Position numbers and translations under genes: made by a program. Shown in pieces: positions 1-10,337 of a stretch of DNA of 64,000 nucleotides. Location: positions 1,526 through 65,525 of the forward strand of contig QBWB01000001.1 of the NCBI GenBank assembly GCA_003284185.1, in the 5' to 3' direction. Positions within the stretch are counted from its first letter, which is position 1. The number at the start of each line of letters is the position of its first letter. The notes below the pieces were generated by a model that was not told the DNA's origin, ran no database searches, and saw only the letters and a list, made by a program, of their open reading frames with translations. This DNA comes from Prochlorococcus sp. AG-315-C08 (GTDB lineage: Bacteria > Cyanobacteriota > Cyanobacteriia > PCC-6307 > Cyanobiaceae).

Positions 1-304
1 CTTGTTTTATTTGCAAGACTCCTGTTCCAGCTTTTGCGTCACACCACCAAGGAACTTTTCCTTCTGATCGGAATTGAGTATCCCATGATTTAAGAATTTC
101 TTTTTTTATCATATCTTTTCTATTAATTATTAGAAGTTGTTTTTTGCCTTTCAACCATTTCTGAAGATAAGGGTGCGAGGTTGCTAAGGGTATGCGTGCA
201 TCTCTAACTTCGAAAATAAGATCAACTTTATTGAGGTTTTCTTTTAATTGTTTTTCTGCCTTGGCAATGTGACCTGGATACCATTGTATTAGCTTTTTTG
301 TCAC
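1..304 (-). CDS. ylqF: Ribosome biogenesis GTPase YlqF/RbgA (5' part; runs off window)
   Basis: Manual translation from GTG at 304: MTKKLIQWYPGHIAKAEKQLKE..., carrying the QWYPGH signature; not in ORF track. Confidence 0.92.
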   Translation of the reverse strand, partial: MTKKLIQWYPGHIAKAEKQLKENLNKVDLIFEVRDARIPLATSHPYLQKWLKGKKQLLIINRKDMIKKEILKSWDTQFRSEGKVPWWCDAKAGTGVLQIKQ

Positions 305-725
305 GGGATTCTGAACACTGAAAAGGTCAATTGAGTCATTTAAGGATTTAGGTTTTCATATTAATGTTGGGTCCTTATCTATTAAAATAATTTAAATCTA
401 GGCTTAATTTATCATTTAATAATACTTTATAAACTAATTATATCAATAGAATTATTCAATAGATAGATTAAAACTTGTATTTCTTTTTTATTTTATGTAA
501 AAAAATTAGAACGGTTTCATATTTTGCAAATCTTAGTAAGGTTCTTTTTTTTCAACTATTTAGTAATTGTAAGGATTAAAGCGATTATGAATAGGTTAGG
601 CGTTTGTAAATTATAAAGGCTTATATCTTTTTATAGAGTGCCAGATAAGTTTTCTGTCTTAGCAATTAGCCAATTGGTGCAGTCTAAGGGCTATTGTCAC
701 TCAGTTTCCTTATTTAATACACACA

Positions 726-1937
726 ATGGCTAAGAGGTCCCTGTCAACTCTCGGCGCTGAAGATCTATATGGAAAGCGTGTGTTGGTAAGAGTAGATTTT
801 AATGTCCCATTAAGTGATCAAGGGGAAATAACTGATGACACTAGAATTCGCGCGGCATTACCAACGATTAATGATCTTTTAGAAAAAAGTTCAAGAGTTA
901 TTCTTGTTGCTCATTTTGGACGACCAAAAGGAAAAGTTAATGAAACAATGCGTTTAACTGCTGTTGCTCAAAGATTAAGCGAATTACTTGGGAAAACAGT
1001 TTTAAAAACAGATAGTTGTATCGGTTCCGAAGCGAAGTCAAAAGTTTTTGATATGTCAAATGGGGAGGTTGTTCTTTTAGAAAATGTTCGCTTTATTTCT
1101 GGAGAAGAAAAAAATGATAACGACTTTGCAAAGGAATTAGCTTCTCTCGCAGAGGTTTATGTTAATGATGCTTTTGGAGCGGCTCATCGCGCTCATGCTT
1201 CAACTGAAGGAGTTACAAAGTTTTTAAAGCCTTGCGTTGCAGGTTATTTAATGGACAAAGAACTAAAGTATTTGCAAGGAGCGATTGATCAGCCAAGAAG
1301 ACCTTTAGCTGCCATTGTCGGAGGCTCAAAAGTAAGCAGTAAAATAGGTGTTCTGGAATCTCTAATTGATAAATGCGACAAAATTATTGTTGGAGGAGGT
1401 ATGATTTTTACCTTTTATAAGGCTAGGGGGCTTTCCGTTGGAAATAGTCTTGTTGAAGAAGATAAGCTTGAATTGGCAAAGGCTTTAGAAGAAAAAGCTA
1501 AATTAAAAGGAGTAGAATTTTTATTACCTAGTGATGTTGTATTGGCTGATAAATTTTCTCCTGATGCTAATAGTAAAGTCTCTAAAGTAGATGAAATAAG
1601 TGAAGGTTGGATGGGATTAGATATTGGATCGGAGTCGATTAAGCTTTTTCAGGATGCTTTGAAAGGTTGCAAAACTGTAATTTGGAATGGACCAATGGGG
1701 GTATTTGAGTTTGAAAAATTTGCAACTGGTACTAATGAAATTGCTAATACACTTGCTGAATTGAGTTCAGATGGATGTTGCACAATTATTGGGGGGGGGG
1801 ATTCTGTAGCTGCGGTTGAGAAAGCAGGTCTTGCCAAAAATATGTCTCATATTTCTACCGGAGGTGGAGCCAGTCTTGAACTTTTAGAAGGCAAAGTTCT
1901 TCCAGGTGTAGCAGCTCTAGATGAAATTACGGACTAA
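726..1937 (+). CDS. pgk: Phosphoglycerate kinase
   Basis: [42 protein letters not shown] motifs. Confidence 0.98.
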   Translation: MAKRSLSTLGAEDLYGKRVLVRVDFNVPLSDQGEITDDTRIRAALPTINDLLEKSSRVILVAHFGRPKGKVNETMRLTAVAQRLSELLGKTVLKTDSCIGSEAKSKVFDMSNGEVVLLENVRFISGEEKNDNDFAKELASLAEVYVNDAFGAAHRAHASTEGVTKFLKPCVAGYLMDKELKYLQGAIDQPRRPLAAIVGGSKVSSKIGVLESLIDKCDKIIVGGGMIFTFYKARGLSVGNSLVEEDKLELAKALEEKAKLKGVEFLLPSDVVLADKFSPDANSKVSKVDEISEGWMGLDIGSESIKLFQDALKGCKTVIWNGPMGVFEFEKFATGTNEIANTLAELSSDGCCTIIGGGDSVAAVEKAGLAKNMSHISTGGGASLELLEGKVLPGVAALDEITD

Positions 1938-1971
1938 ATAACATTATTGCTAACTGGAATATTTTGATAGC

Positions 1972-2688
1972 CTAATCTACTTCTATTTTTTTTGTAATTG
2001 TAAAAATTCCTTTCTGATGAGCAATAATTGCTGTAATTGTCTGAGATCCTGGCTGTAAAGGAGCAGTTATTGATTTAAATAAGCCTCCTGAACCTTTTGC
2101 TTTCATTCCAAAAGGGATACTCAATTGTTGGTTAGAGCGCGTATTTTGAAGAACTATCATTTCTCCCGTTATGAAAGAATTATCTATTGGTTTTTCAATG
2201 ATTAAATCAAAGTGATAACGCTCACCAGTAACTACTGTCTGGGGAGAATTAACTTTTATTTTGAGTTGCTTAGTATAAGATTTCAGAATTGACTCTGCAT
2301 TTATAATTTTGTAATCTATTATTTTATTGTTATTAGTTTCTAATTCAATAGTTTGTCTGGAATCTAGATCATATTGTAGGCTTCCGATATAACGCTTAGA
2401 GGTGATTTTTACATCTAAATATTTTTTGTTTTTATAATCATTTTTTGGCTTAATTGACCATTCTATTTCTTTGTAGTTCTTTGTAAAATTATCGTATTGT
2501 TTCTCGAATTTATTGAAGGATTTTTCAATAAATAAGTTTTTTAGTGACAATAAGTTTTGTTTGTTGAGTCCTTTTTCTAATTGTTTGCTTAGCGATTGAA
2601 TATGTATATTTTGGCTTGTTGCAGGGCTAGAATAGAAAATACATATCAATAAAAAGCTTATTAAATTGAGTCTTCGTGAGTAGTGCAC
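1972..2688 (-). CDS. Conserved hypothetical exported protein (possibly NTF2-like)
   Basis: 238-aa ORF with signal-peptide-like N-terminus; C-terminal SGGLFKS..AP..PGSQ segment. Confidence 0.65.
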   Translation of the reverse strand: MHYSRRLNLISFLLICIFYSSPATSQNIHIQSLSKQLEKGLNKQNLLSLKNLFIEKSFNKFEKQYDNFTKNYKEIEWSIKPKNDYKNKKYLDVKITSKRYIGSLQYDLDSRQTIELETNNNKIIDYKIINAESILKSYTKQLKIKVNSPQTVVTGERYHFDLIIEKPIDNSFITGEMIVLQNTRSNQQLSIPFGMKAKGSGGLFKSITAPLQPGSQTITAIIAHQKGIFTITKKIEVD

Positions 2689-2740
2689 CTGGACTTCTTA
2701 TAATTATTATAATTTAGCATTAAAAAAACTTTTTTGATTT

Positions 2741-3802
2741 ATGCCTAGGCTTTTAATTGCAGCAAGCGGTACTGGTGGACATATCTATCCTGCATTGGCA
2801 TTCGCTGATTCGCTCTCAAGTGCCTGGGAGGTTGAATGGTTGGGGGTCCCTGATCGGTTAGAGATTGAACTTGTTCCTGAAAAGTTTCAATTAACTACTG
2901 TAAAAGTAGGAGGTTTGCAAGGAAATATATTTAGGAAAATATATGGTTTTTTAAAATTACTTTTTTCTTCTATTGAAGTTTTTAATTTATTGCATAAAAA
3001 ACAGATAAGCGTTGTTTTTACTACTGGTGGGTATATATCAGCACCTACAATTATTGCTTCTAAGGTAAGGGGAATCCCCGTACTGCTCCATGAATCTAAT
3101 GCGATTCCTGGACGAGTAACTAGACTTTTAGGTAGATTTTGCGATCATGTTGCCCTGGGTATCCCCTCGGCCTCTTCATACTTACCTTTTTGTAAAACAA
3201 GTTATACAGGTACACCTGTTAGAGAGGAATTTCATTCCAAACAGTCTTTACCTGATTGGGTTCCCAAAGGTAACGGACCATTGATTTTAGTAATGGGAGG
3301 TAGTCAAGGTGCAACAAAGTTGAATGAAATGGTCAGAAATGTTTTACCTTGGTTAATTGAGAAAGGATGTAGAGTGGTTCATCTTACAGGTAGTAATGAT
3401 TTTTTTTATAAAGATAAAATCAAAATTAAGCATCACGATAATCTTGAAGTTATGCCTTTTAGTACTGAAATCCCTGCCTTGCTTCAACATTCTGATCTTG
3501 TAATAAGTAGGGCCGGTGCAAGTGCAATTTGCGAAATCATTATATCGAGAACACCTTCTGTTTTAATCCCTTTTCCTCAGGCTACTGATCAACATCAAGA
3601 CTTAAATGCAGCTTATCTTGCAAGCTTTGGCGGTGCTATAATTGTGAACCAACATTCTCCTAATGAAATTATTTTATTAAATGTTTTGAATCATTTATTG
3701 GGGTCTATTTATTTGAAGAAGATGAAATCTAATATGAAAAATTTGTTATGTATAAATTCTGAAGATGTGTTAGCTAAAATAATAACTAATTTTACTAAAT
3801 AA
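2741..3802 (+). CDS. murG: UDP-GlcNAc:lipid I N-acetylglucosaminyltransferase
   Basis: GTGGHIYPA, TGGY, HESNAIPG, GGSQGA, SRAGAS, DQHQ..NA motifs. Confidence 0.96.
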   Translation: MPRLLIAASGTGGHIYPALAFADSLSSAWEVEWLGVPDRLEIELVPEKFQLTTVKVGGLQGNIFRKIYGFLKLLFSSIEVFNLLHKKQISVVFTTGGYISAPTIIASKVRGIPVLLHESNAIPGRVTRLLGRFCDHVALGIPSASSYLPFCKTSYTGTPVREEFHSKQSLPDWVPKGNGPLILVMGGSQGATKLNEMVRNVLPWLIEKGCRVVHLTGSNDFFYKDKIKIKHHDNLEVMPFSTEIPALLQHSDLVISRAGASAICEIIISRTPSVLIPFPQATDQHQDLNAAYLASFGGAIIVNQHSPNEIILLNVLNHLLGSIYLKKMKSNMKNLLCINSEDVLAKIITNFTK

Positions 3803-4886
3803 TTTCTTTAATTGAATTAATTATTTTAATATTATGTTTTCTTTTCTGGAGACTTATCCTGAGCCAATTTTCTCCTAAGTTTATAAATGACCTGCAATCT
3901 CTTAGAAGAATACCTTTGCGTTTAAGTTCTTGAAGAAGAGGAGTTAGAGAAGAATCACTTTTTATTAATTGGAAATTAGTAGTAGTTGGTAAAGGTTTGA
4001 AATTTGAAAAACTAGATAAATTACTGTCCAGCCATTCCCCTTCCTTCTTTATCCATTTATGGACTTTATTTAACCATTGATTATGCATTTTCTTATCTTG
4101 CATAATTATATTAGTTGCATTAATAGCAAAAGTATTTATTGGCCATGGGTCTCTTATCTTTTCCCATTTTGATAATCTTTCTGAAGCAGTAACAACATAT
4201 CCCATTCTTACTCCTGCAAGCCCTAGTAATTTCGTAAGACTCCTAACAACTATCAGATTTTTATATTGCTCAGTTAAATCTATAACCGACTGTTTTTCTC
4301 CTTCTGGCACAAGAGAGATAAATGCTTCATCACATATAACTAGCTTATACATATTTAATAAATTTTTTATAGAAAATCGACTCCATAATTGACCTGTAGG
4401 ATTATGAGGATTTGTAATCCATAGGACATTTGTTTTTGGTATGAGAGGAAAATGTTGAGGTTTACTAGTACTCCAAGATATGGGCAGATTCGTGTAAATA
4501 TATGGAGCGTTCCAGCATTTAAGTGCTCTTTCGTAATCTCCAAAACATGGTGAAGGTAGAGAACTTAAACCATTTAAACCAGCATCTCGGGCTACCCAGG
4601 TGAATAATTCAGATGCTCCATTGCCTGGCAAAATCATTGATGGGTCAATATTATGCCATTGTGAAATTGCATTTTTTATAGTGTGATAACTTCTGTCTGG
4701 ATAAAATTTTATTGAGCTATCTTTTATTGTTTTAAAAAGACATGTAGTTAATTTCCTTGGTAATTTAAAAGGAATAATAGATGCACTTGCATCTATTATT
4801 TTTTTTGTCTTTATATTTAATTTTCTTGCTTCTTTCTCAATATTGCCTCCATGAGAGTCGAAGTTTTTTTGTGAATCAAAAGTCAC
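3795..4886 (-). CDS. PLP-dependent class I/II aminotransferase, probable threonine-phosphate decarboxylase (CobD/CobC type)
   Basis: HGGN start, GNGASELF, NPHNPTG, DEAF, RSLTKLLGLAGVRMGY (PLP Lys). Confidence 0.85.
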   Translation of the reverse strand: MTFDSQKNFDSHGGNIEKEARKLNIKTKKIIDASASIIPFKLPRKLTTCLFKTIKDSSIKFYPDRSYHTIKNAISQWHNIDPSMILPGNGASELFTWVARDAGLNGLSSLPSPCFGDYERALKCWNAPYIYTNLPISWSTSKPQHFPLIPKTNVLWITNPHNPTGQLWSRFSIKNLLNMYKLVICDEAFISLVPEGEKQSVIDLTEQYKNLIVVRSLTKLLGLAGVRMGYVVTASERLSKWEKIRDPWPINTFAINATNIIMQDKKMHNQWLNKVHKWIKKEGEWLDSNLSSFSNFKPLPTTTNFQLIKSDSSLTPLLQELKRKGILLRDCRSFINLGENWLRISLQKRKHNIKIINSIKEII

Positions 4887-4945
4887 GATTTATTTTTGAA
4901 ATTACAAGGTAAACATAATTATTTATTCATAAGAGCATTATATTT

Positions 4946-6112
4946 TTATTTCCATGGTTCTTGAGATCCTATTGCTTCTTTGATACTTTTGAATCCATTG
5001 ATTTCCATTTGATGGACTAGACCATCTAAAATATCAGGTACTAACCTTGGTCCTTCAAATATCCACCCAGTATAAATTTGGATTAGCGAAGCACCTGCTG
5101 TAATTCTCTCCCATGCAGATTTTGCTGAGTTTATTCCTCCAACGCCAATGAGAGGTAGATCATTATTCATAGTTATTCTTAATCTATTTATAACTTCAAG
5201 CCCTCTTTTCTGAAGAGGCAATCCGCTCATTCCCCCACTCTCTTGTGAAAGTGTTTTACCAGTTTTTATTATTCTATTCTTTAATTGATATCGATCTAAA
5301 CTTGTATTGATTGCGATTATTCCATCAAGTCCTTCTTGCTTTGAAACTAATGCTATTTCATCAATAGCTTCATTTGAAAGATCAGGAGAAATTTTCACTA
5401 ACAAAGGAGGACAATTAGGTAAATTTTTAAGCGTTTTTATTAGTTTTTTTATTTGTTCAGTCTCTTGTAAAGAACGAAGTCCAGGAGTGTTTGGAGAACT
5501 AACATTGATTACTGCATAGTCTGAAATTGGACCAAGAAGTTCAAGAGACAAGGCATAGTCTTTATTGGCATCATGAAGATTAGTAATTTTTGATTTGCCT
5601 AAATTGATACCCAGAACAATAGGTCTATGACCTGGAGGCTCTAATTTTTGTTCTTCTAAAGTTTTTAAAAATTTCTGTGCCCCCAAATTATTAAATCCCA
5701 TACGATTTAATGCAGCTTTTTCTTTTGCAATTCTAAAGAGTCTTGGCTTGGGATTCCCTCTTTGTGGGTGCCAAGTAATTGTCCCAAGTTCAGCAAACCC
5801 GAACCCAAAATAATTCCAAACCCCTGCCCCGACTCCATTTTTGTCAAACCCTGCAGCTAGTCCAATTGGATTTTTAAAATTACAACCAAAAATATTTTGA
5901 TTTAGCCTTGAATCATTTCGTTGAAGATTAATTGTCGCTTTTGAAAGTAGATTCGAAAAAATTGGTACATTTCTTTTTAAGGATGCCAATTTAAGTGAAT
6001 TTAGAGCTAAATTTGAAAGAGTTTCTGCATCAATTCCATCATCTTGAGACAATAATGGGCCGAGAAGAAGTCCGTATAAATCGTCTTTATTTTCTTTTGA
6101 AAAGTTTTTCAT
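4946..6112 (-). CDS. pyrD: Quinone-dependent dihydroorotate dehydrogenase
   Basis: [39 protein letters not shown]. Confidence 0.97.
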   Translation of the reverse strand: MKNFSKENKDDLYGLLLGPLLSQDDGIDAETLSNLALNSLKLASLKRNVPIFSNLLSKATINLQRNDSRLNQNIFGCNFKNPIGLAAGFDKNGVGAGVWNYFGFGFAELGTITWHPQRGNPKPRLFRIAKEKAALNRMGFNNLGAQKFLKTLEEQKLEPPGHRPIVLGINLGKSKITNLHDANKDYALSLELLGPISDYAVINVSSPNTPGLRSLQETEQIKKLIKTLKNLPNCPPLLVKISPDLSNEAIDEIALVSKQEGLDGIIAINTSLDRYQLKNRIIKTGKTLSQESGGMSGLPLQKRGLEVINRLRITMNNDLPLIGVGGINSAKSAWERITAGASLIQIYTGWIFEGPRLVPDILDGLVHQMEINGFKSIKEAIGSQEPWK

Positions 6113-6219
6113 ATGTAATATCAGCTTGATTATTTTATTCTAATTAAGTTTAATAAAATATTAAAGTAGTAATCAATAATTAAATATATGATTTGAAACT
6201 TTATATGGTTAGCAAAGAT

Positions 6220-6711
6220 TTATTTCTTGTCATTGTAAGACTTTAGATATATTTTTTTCCCTTTAGAAAAACAAACTGCTATTTCATCAACTCTATCATT
6301 ATCTCTTTCTCCACTATGACCTTTAACATACTCAAGTTTAATTTTTGGAAGTTGAGGATCATCAAGAGCTTTCCAAAGATCTTGATTGAGAACTGGTTTT
6401 CCTGATGCGGTTTTCCAACCCTTTTTTTTCCAGTTTGGCATCCATTTTTCTAGGCCATCAATAAGATATTTGCTATCAGTTTTGATAGTTAGACAAGGAT
6501 GGAATGGTGTATTTTTTAGTTCTTGTAAAAGAAATAGAGCAGCTTGTAATTCCATCCGATTATTAGTTGTTTCTGGGTTGAAACCACCAAATTCAACTTC
6601 ACTTTCATCCTCGAATCTAATTAATGCACCCCAGCCACCTGGACCAGGATTTCCACTGCAAGCACCATCAGTTGCAGCGGCAACAGCCAAATTTTGTTCT
6701 GCTTGTGACAT
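6220..6711 (-). CDS. rnhA: Ribonuclease HI
   Basis: [39 protein letters not shown]. Confidence 0.96.
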   Translation of the reverse strand: MSQAEQNLAVAAATDGACSGNPGPGGWGALIRFEDESEVEFGGFNPETTNNRMELQAALFLLQELKNTPFHPCLTIKTDSKYLIDGLEKWMPNWKKKGWKTASGKPVLNQDLWKALDDPQLPKIKLEYVKGHSGERDNDRVDEIAVCFSKGKKIYLKSYNDKK

Positions 6712-6740
6712 AAAAAAAAAACCGGTCTTAATTGACCGGC
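6712..6740 (-). terminator. Rho-independent terminator of the rplJL operon
   Basis: Minus strand GCCGGTC-AATTAA-GACCGGT followed by a long U run. Confidence 0.85.
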
Positions 6741-6787
6741 TTTATATAAGCAGATAATGGATATTTTTCTAGTAACACGAAATTAAT

Positions 6788-7183
6788 TTATTTCAGAGTT
6801 ACCTTTCCTCCAGCGGCTTCTATGGCTTTCTTTAGAGCTTCGGCGTCTTCTTTGGATGCTCCTTCTTTGATTGTTTTGGGAGCAGCCTCAACTATTGCTT
6901 TTGCTTCGCCGAGACCAAGACCTGTGGCGTTTCTAACTTCTTTTAAGACTTTGATTTTAGCTGAAGCATCAAAGCTCTCTAAAACAACGTCAAATTCAGT
7001 TTTTTCTTCAGCAGCTTCGGCGCTATCGCCACCACCACCAGCTCCAGGAGCTGCCATAACTACCCCAGCAGAGGCTGCGGCTGAGACACCAAAAGCTTCT
7101 TCTATTTGCTTTACCAGCTCAGAGGCTTCAAGCAAAGAAAGGCTTTTGAGTGACTCTAAAATTTTATCGGTTTTTGCAGACAT
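6788..7183 (-). CDS. rplL: 50S ribosomal protein L7/L12
   Basis: [29 protein letters not shown]. Confidence 0.98.
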   Translation of the reverse strand: MSAKTDKILESLKSLSLLEASELVKQIEEAFGVSAAASAGVVMAAPGAGGGGDSAEAAEEKTEFDVVLESFDASAKIKVLKEVRNATGLGLGEAKAIVEAAPKTIKEGASKEDAEALKKAIEAAGGKVTLK

Positions 7184-7237
7184 GATTTAAAAATCAGCAA
7201 CTAAGTAAGGAGAAAACAAATTGTTAGATAAAAAAGT

Positions 7238-7765
7238 TCAGCTTTCGCTGCTTTCTGAATGTTGTTTGAGAGATCTTGCCATTCCAGAAGGAACCTCATT
7301 GATACCAATAGCGATTTTGGTGGTTATGGAATTCATCGCACCTGCAATTTGAGCCATAAGTACTTCCTTGCTAGGAAGTTTTCCAATCGCTTGGATTTCT
7401 TCTAAAGACAAAAGTTTGCCTTCGAAAAGACCTCCCTTTGTTTCAGATTTTTGTGTTTCCTTTTGAAATGCTTGTACTGCTTTTACAGCACTACCAACAT
7501 CTCCTTTGATTAAAACAAAGGCGTTGGTCCCAGTCAGCAAAGAATCTAAGCCATTCCAGGAATCTTTTCCTTTAATGGCTTGACGCATCAAGGTATTTTT
7601 TGTGACCTTGCATACACCATTGTTTTCCTGCAGTCTTGAGCGCAAGTCAGACATCTCTTTAATGGATAAGCCCTTGAAATCAAGAACTAATGCCATTTCT
7701 GAGTTGTCGAGTAGATCCTCTAACTTTTCGACAATCTGTTTTTTGCTTTCCAGCGTGCGGCCCAT
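7238..7765 (-). CDS. rplJ: 50S ribosomal protein L10
   Basis: [23 protein letters not shown]; lies before rplL. Confidence 0.97.
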   Translation of the reverse strand: MGRTLESKKQIVEKLEDLLDNSEMALVLDFKGLSIKEMSDLRSRLQENNGVCKVTKNTLMRQAIKGKDSWNGLDSLLTGTNAFVLIKGDVGSAVKAVQAFQKETQKSETKGGLFEGKLLSLEEIQAIGKLPSKEVLMAQIAGAMNSITTKIAIGINEVPSGMARSLKQHSESSES

Positions 7766-7789
7766 AATAATTGGATCGAATCGGGGGAA

Positions 7790-7936
7790 GAACTGGACAT
7801 GCGGCCAAAATCTCTTTTAGGAGTCGAGGCCGCTGTTGATTCAATCCAGAAGAAAAAATCTTTGCGAATGCCTCGGCGGGGTTTATGGAGCTGTTAAACA
7901 AAATGGTTAACAGACTATTACCTGCTGTCTTGGGCT
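7790..7936 (-). promoter_or_regulatory. L10 leader (ribosomal protein autoregulatory RNA); boundaries approximate
   Basis: Minus strand CCAAGACAGCAGG...CTGTTAA/TTAACAG hairpin...CCCGCCGAGG in the rplA-rplJ spacer, matching the known L10-leader pattern. Confidence 0.75.
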
Positions 7937-7988
7937 GGGCGCATGCCCTATGGCTTTTAAGCCAAGCAGTTAATTTACTACAGAAAGG

Positions 7989-8696
7989 TCAGCTTTCTTT
8001 TTGTAAGTCCTGTAATTCGTTGATATCTACTTGTATAGAGGGCCCCATAGTAGATGTAATAAAAAAGCTTTTCCAGTACTTTCCCTTTGAACCACTGGGT
8101 TTATTCCTATCTATAGTTTCTTGCAAAATTTTGAGATTTTCTAGTAGTGCTTCAGCAGAAAAACTTGCTTTACCAAAACGAACATGCACAATTCCTGCTT
8201 TATCAGCTCTAAATTCAAGTTTCCCTGCCTTGAATTCTTGAATGGCTCCAACTAGATCCGTCGTGACAGTTCCAGCCTTTGGATTAGGCATAAGACCTCT
8301 TGGACCAAGAACTCTTCCAAGTTTGGCCACTTTTGGCATCATATCTGGCGTTGAAATTAAAAGATCAAAATTCATTTCACCTTTATTGATTGTGTCAACT
8401 AGTTCTTCTTCACCGGCTAAATCTGCACCTGCAGCCTTTGCTTCCGCAACTTTCTCACCACGTGTTATTACAGCTATTCTTATTTTTTGACCAGTCCCCT
8501 TAGGAAGCGCAACTGTTGTTCTTAATTGCTGATCTGTATATTTGGGATCTATACCAAGTCTGATGTGAGCTTCAATTGTCTCATCAAATTTAGCATTTGC
8601 ATTTTCTTTTACTAACTTGATGGCTTCTATTGGTGAATAGTGACGCTCCTCCAATTTGGATACGAGCTTTGTCATTCTTTTAGAGAGTTGTTTCAT
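7989..8696 (-). CDS. rplA: 50S ribosomal protein L1
   Basis: [28 protein letters not shown]. Confidence 0.98.
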   Translation of the reverse strand: MKQLSKRMTKLVSKLEERHYSPIEAIKLVKENANAKFDETIEAHIRLGIDPKYTDQQLRTTVALPKGTGQKIRIAVITRGEKVAEAKAAGADLAGEEELVDTINKGEMNFDLLISTPDMMPKVAKLGRVLGPRGLMPNPKAGTVTTDLVGAIQEFKAGKLEFRADKAGIVHVRFGKASFSAEALLENLKILQETIDRNKPSGSKGKYWKSFFITSTMGPSIQVDINELQDLQKES

Positions 8697-8702
8697 AAGA
8701 AA

Positions 8703-8734
8703 AAGGGGTGCATACGACTTTGTGTCTCCCCCGT
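8703..8734 (-). promoter_or_regulatory. Putative L1-binding autoregulatory hairpin upstream of rplA
   Basis: Minus strand GGGGGAGAC-ACAAA-GTCGTATGCACCCC: GGGG/CCCC outer stem, GAC/GTC inner stem, GGAG internal loop, just before the rplA start. Confidence 0.55.
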
Positions 8735-8770
8735 TAGGTGAAAGTTTTAAGGATTGATTTTACGATTAAA

Positions 8771-9202
8771 TTAGTCTTTTATGGCAACTCCCATATTTTT
8801 TGCTGTTCCTTCGATAACTTTCATTGCTGATTCAATACTACTGCAATTGAGGTCAGGTAGCTTTGTTTTGGCAATTTCTTCAAGTTGATTTCTATTAATT
8901 GATCCAGCTGTCCCTTTTGCAGACTCACCTGACCCTTTAGCAATTCCCGCAGCTTTTGTTATTAGGACTGAGGCAGGAGGAGTTTTAGTTATGAAAGTAA
9001 AACTTCTATCTTCGAAAACTGATATTTCTACAGGAATAACAAAACCAGCTTTGTCTTGGGTCCGAGAATTGTATTCTTTACAAAAGGCCATTATGTTTAC
9101 CCCATGCTGACCTAGAGCAGGGCCAACAGGAGGCGCTGGATTGGCTTTGCCGGCTTGCAAGGCCAACTTGATCAGAGCTACAACTTTCTTTGTCTTGGCC
9201 AT
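8771..9202 (-). CDS. rplK: 50S ribosomal protein L11
   Basis: [29 protein letters not shown]. Confidence 0.98.
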   Translation of the reverse strand: MAKTKKVVALIKLALQAGKANPAPPVGPALGQHGVNIMAFCKEYNSRTQDKAGFVIPVEISVFEDRSFTFITKTPPASVLITKAAGIAKGSGESAKGTAGSINRNQLEEIAKTKLPDLNCSSIESAMKVIEGTAKNMGVAIKD

Positions 9203-9308
9203 CGGCTAATGAAATTAAACTAATGCGTAAACCTGAAGATAAATCAGGTTGAACTATTGAGTAAACCTAACTCCTAGGCTGACCAGACGGCAAAAAGAGT
9301 TTCCAAAA

Positions 9309-9977
9309 TCAATTTTGTTTGGTGATTTGAGAAAACTCAAGTTCAACGGGAGTTTCTCTTCCGAAAATTGATAATAGAGCTTTAAGCTTGTTTCTTTCTC
9401 CTGAAACTTCAATAACTTCACCTTGGAAATCTTTAAAAGGTCCTGAAGTAACGATAATTTGATCACCTTCTTCTAAATCTAGTTTTACAACAGTTTTCTT
9501 TTCAGCTGCACGCTTGAATATCCTATTGACTTCCTGACGGCTTAGTGGTCGAGGTTTTATGTGTCCACGAGATTTGCCTGTGGCTTTTCTATCTTCAGCT
9601 CCTACAAAATTGATTACATTAGGTGTGCTCCTTACTGCCATCATAGTGTCTTCGTCTAGCACCATACGAACAAGAACATAACCTGGAAATACCTTTTCTT
9701 CTATGGTTTGTCTGCTGCCGTCTTTTTTTAATTTAACTGCCGGTGTTTGGGGTATTTCAATTTCTATAATTCTGTTATTAACCCCAAGTGTGATAGCTCT
9801 TTGTTCGAGTGTTGCTTTTACTTTCTTCTCGCAACTTGAAGCAACTTGTATTGCATACCACCGAGCAATAGTTGTTTTTGGTATCTGACCTGAGGAATAG
9901 TCCTGTTCTTTTTCGTTTGGCTCAGGAATATCAATTACTTTTGACTCATTATTTGGATTAGTTTCAAGATCTGTCAC
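9309..9977 (-). CDS. nusG: Transcription termination/antitermination factor NusG
   Basis: WYAIQVASSCEKKV, VFPGYVLV, KOW motif SGPFKDFQGEV, IFGRETPVELEF. Confidence 0.98.
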   Translation of the reverse strand: MTDLETNPNNESKVIDIPEPNEKEQDYSSGQIPKTTIARWYAIQVASSCEKKVKATLEQRAITLGVNNRIIEIEIPQTPAVKLKKDGSRQTIEEKVFPGYVLVRMVLDEDTMMAVRSTPNVINFVGAEDRKATGKSRGHIKPRPLSRQEVNRIFKRAAEKKTVVKLDLEEGDQIIVTSGPFKDFQGEVIEVSGERNKLKALLSIFGRETPVELEFSQITKQN

Positions 9978-10020
9978 TGGTAAAAATTGTGAGTGGTTGA
10001 ATGATTTGGTTTATTTGGGC

Positions 10021-10263
10021 TCAGCGGAATATCTGAGTAGAAGCCCATCCATAAAAACGACTTACAGCTGCTATTGAAACTGCAGATAGTGAGACCATAA
10101 GAATCACAGCAACAGATTCACTGAATAGCTGTTGGCGTGAGGGCCATACAACAAGTTTTAATTCATCGATAGTAGAAGGCAAAAAACCTTTTTTTAAGGG
10201 TTGTTTCTCCTTCTCTGTAGTAATGATTTGCTCTTGGTCATCTTTAGATGTTGGGCTTGTCAC
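10021..10263 (-). CDS. secE: Preprotein translocase subunit SecE
   Basis: ELKLVVWPSRQQ followed by one TM helix; directly upstream of nusG. Confidence 0.95.
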   Translation of the reverse strand: MTSPTSKDDQEQIITTEKEKQPLKKGFLPSTIDELKLVVWPSRQQLFSESVAVILMVSLSAVSIAAVSRFYGWASTQIFR

Positions 10264-10337
10264 TTGGGGGAGAATTTAGTAGAGATTACTTTTTGACAGG
10301 AAAGAAGATAAATATATATTAACTTATGTTTGTTTGA

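Noticed and set aside
9229-9250. AACCTGA/TCAGGTT hairpin in the nusG-rplK spacer
   Set aside because: No convincing U-tract or known motif; cannot assign a function
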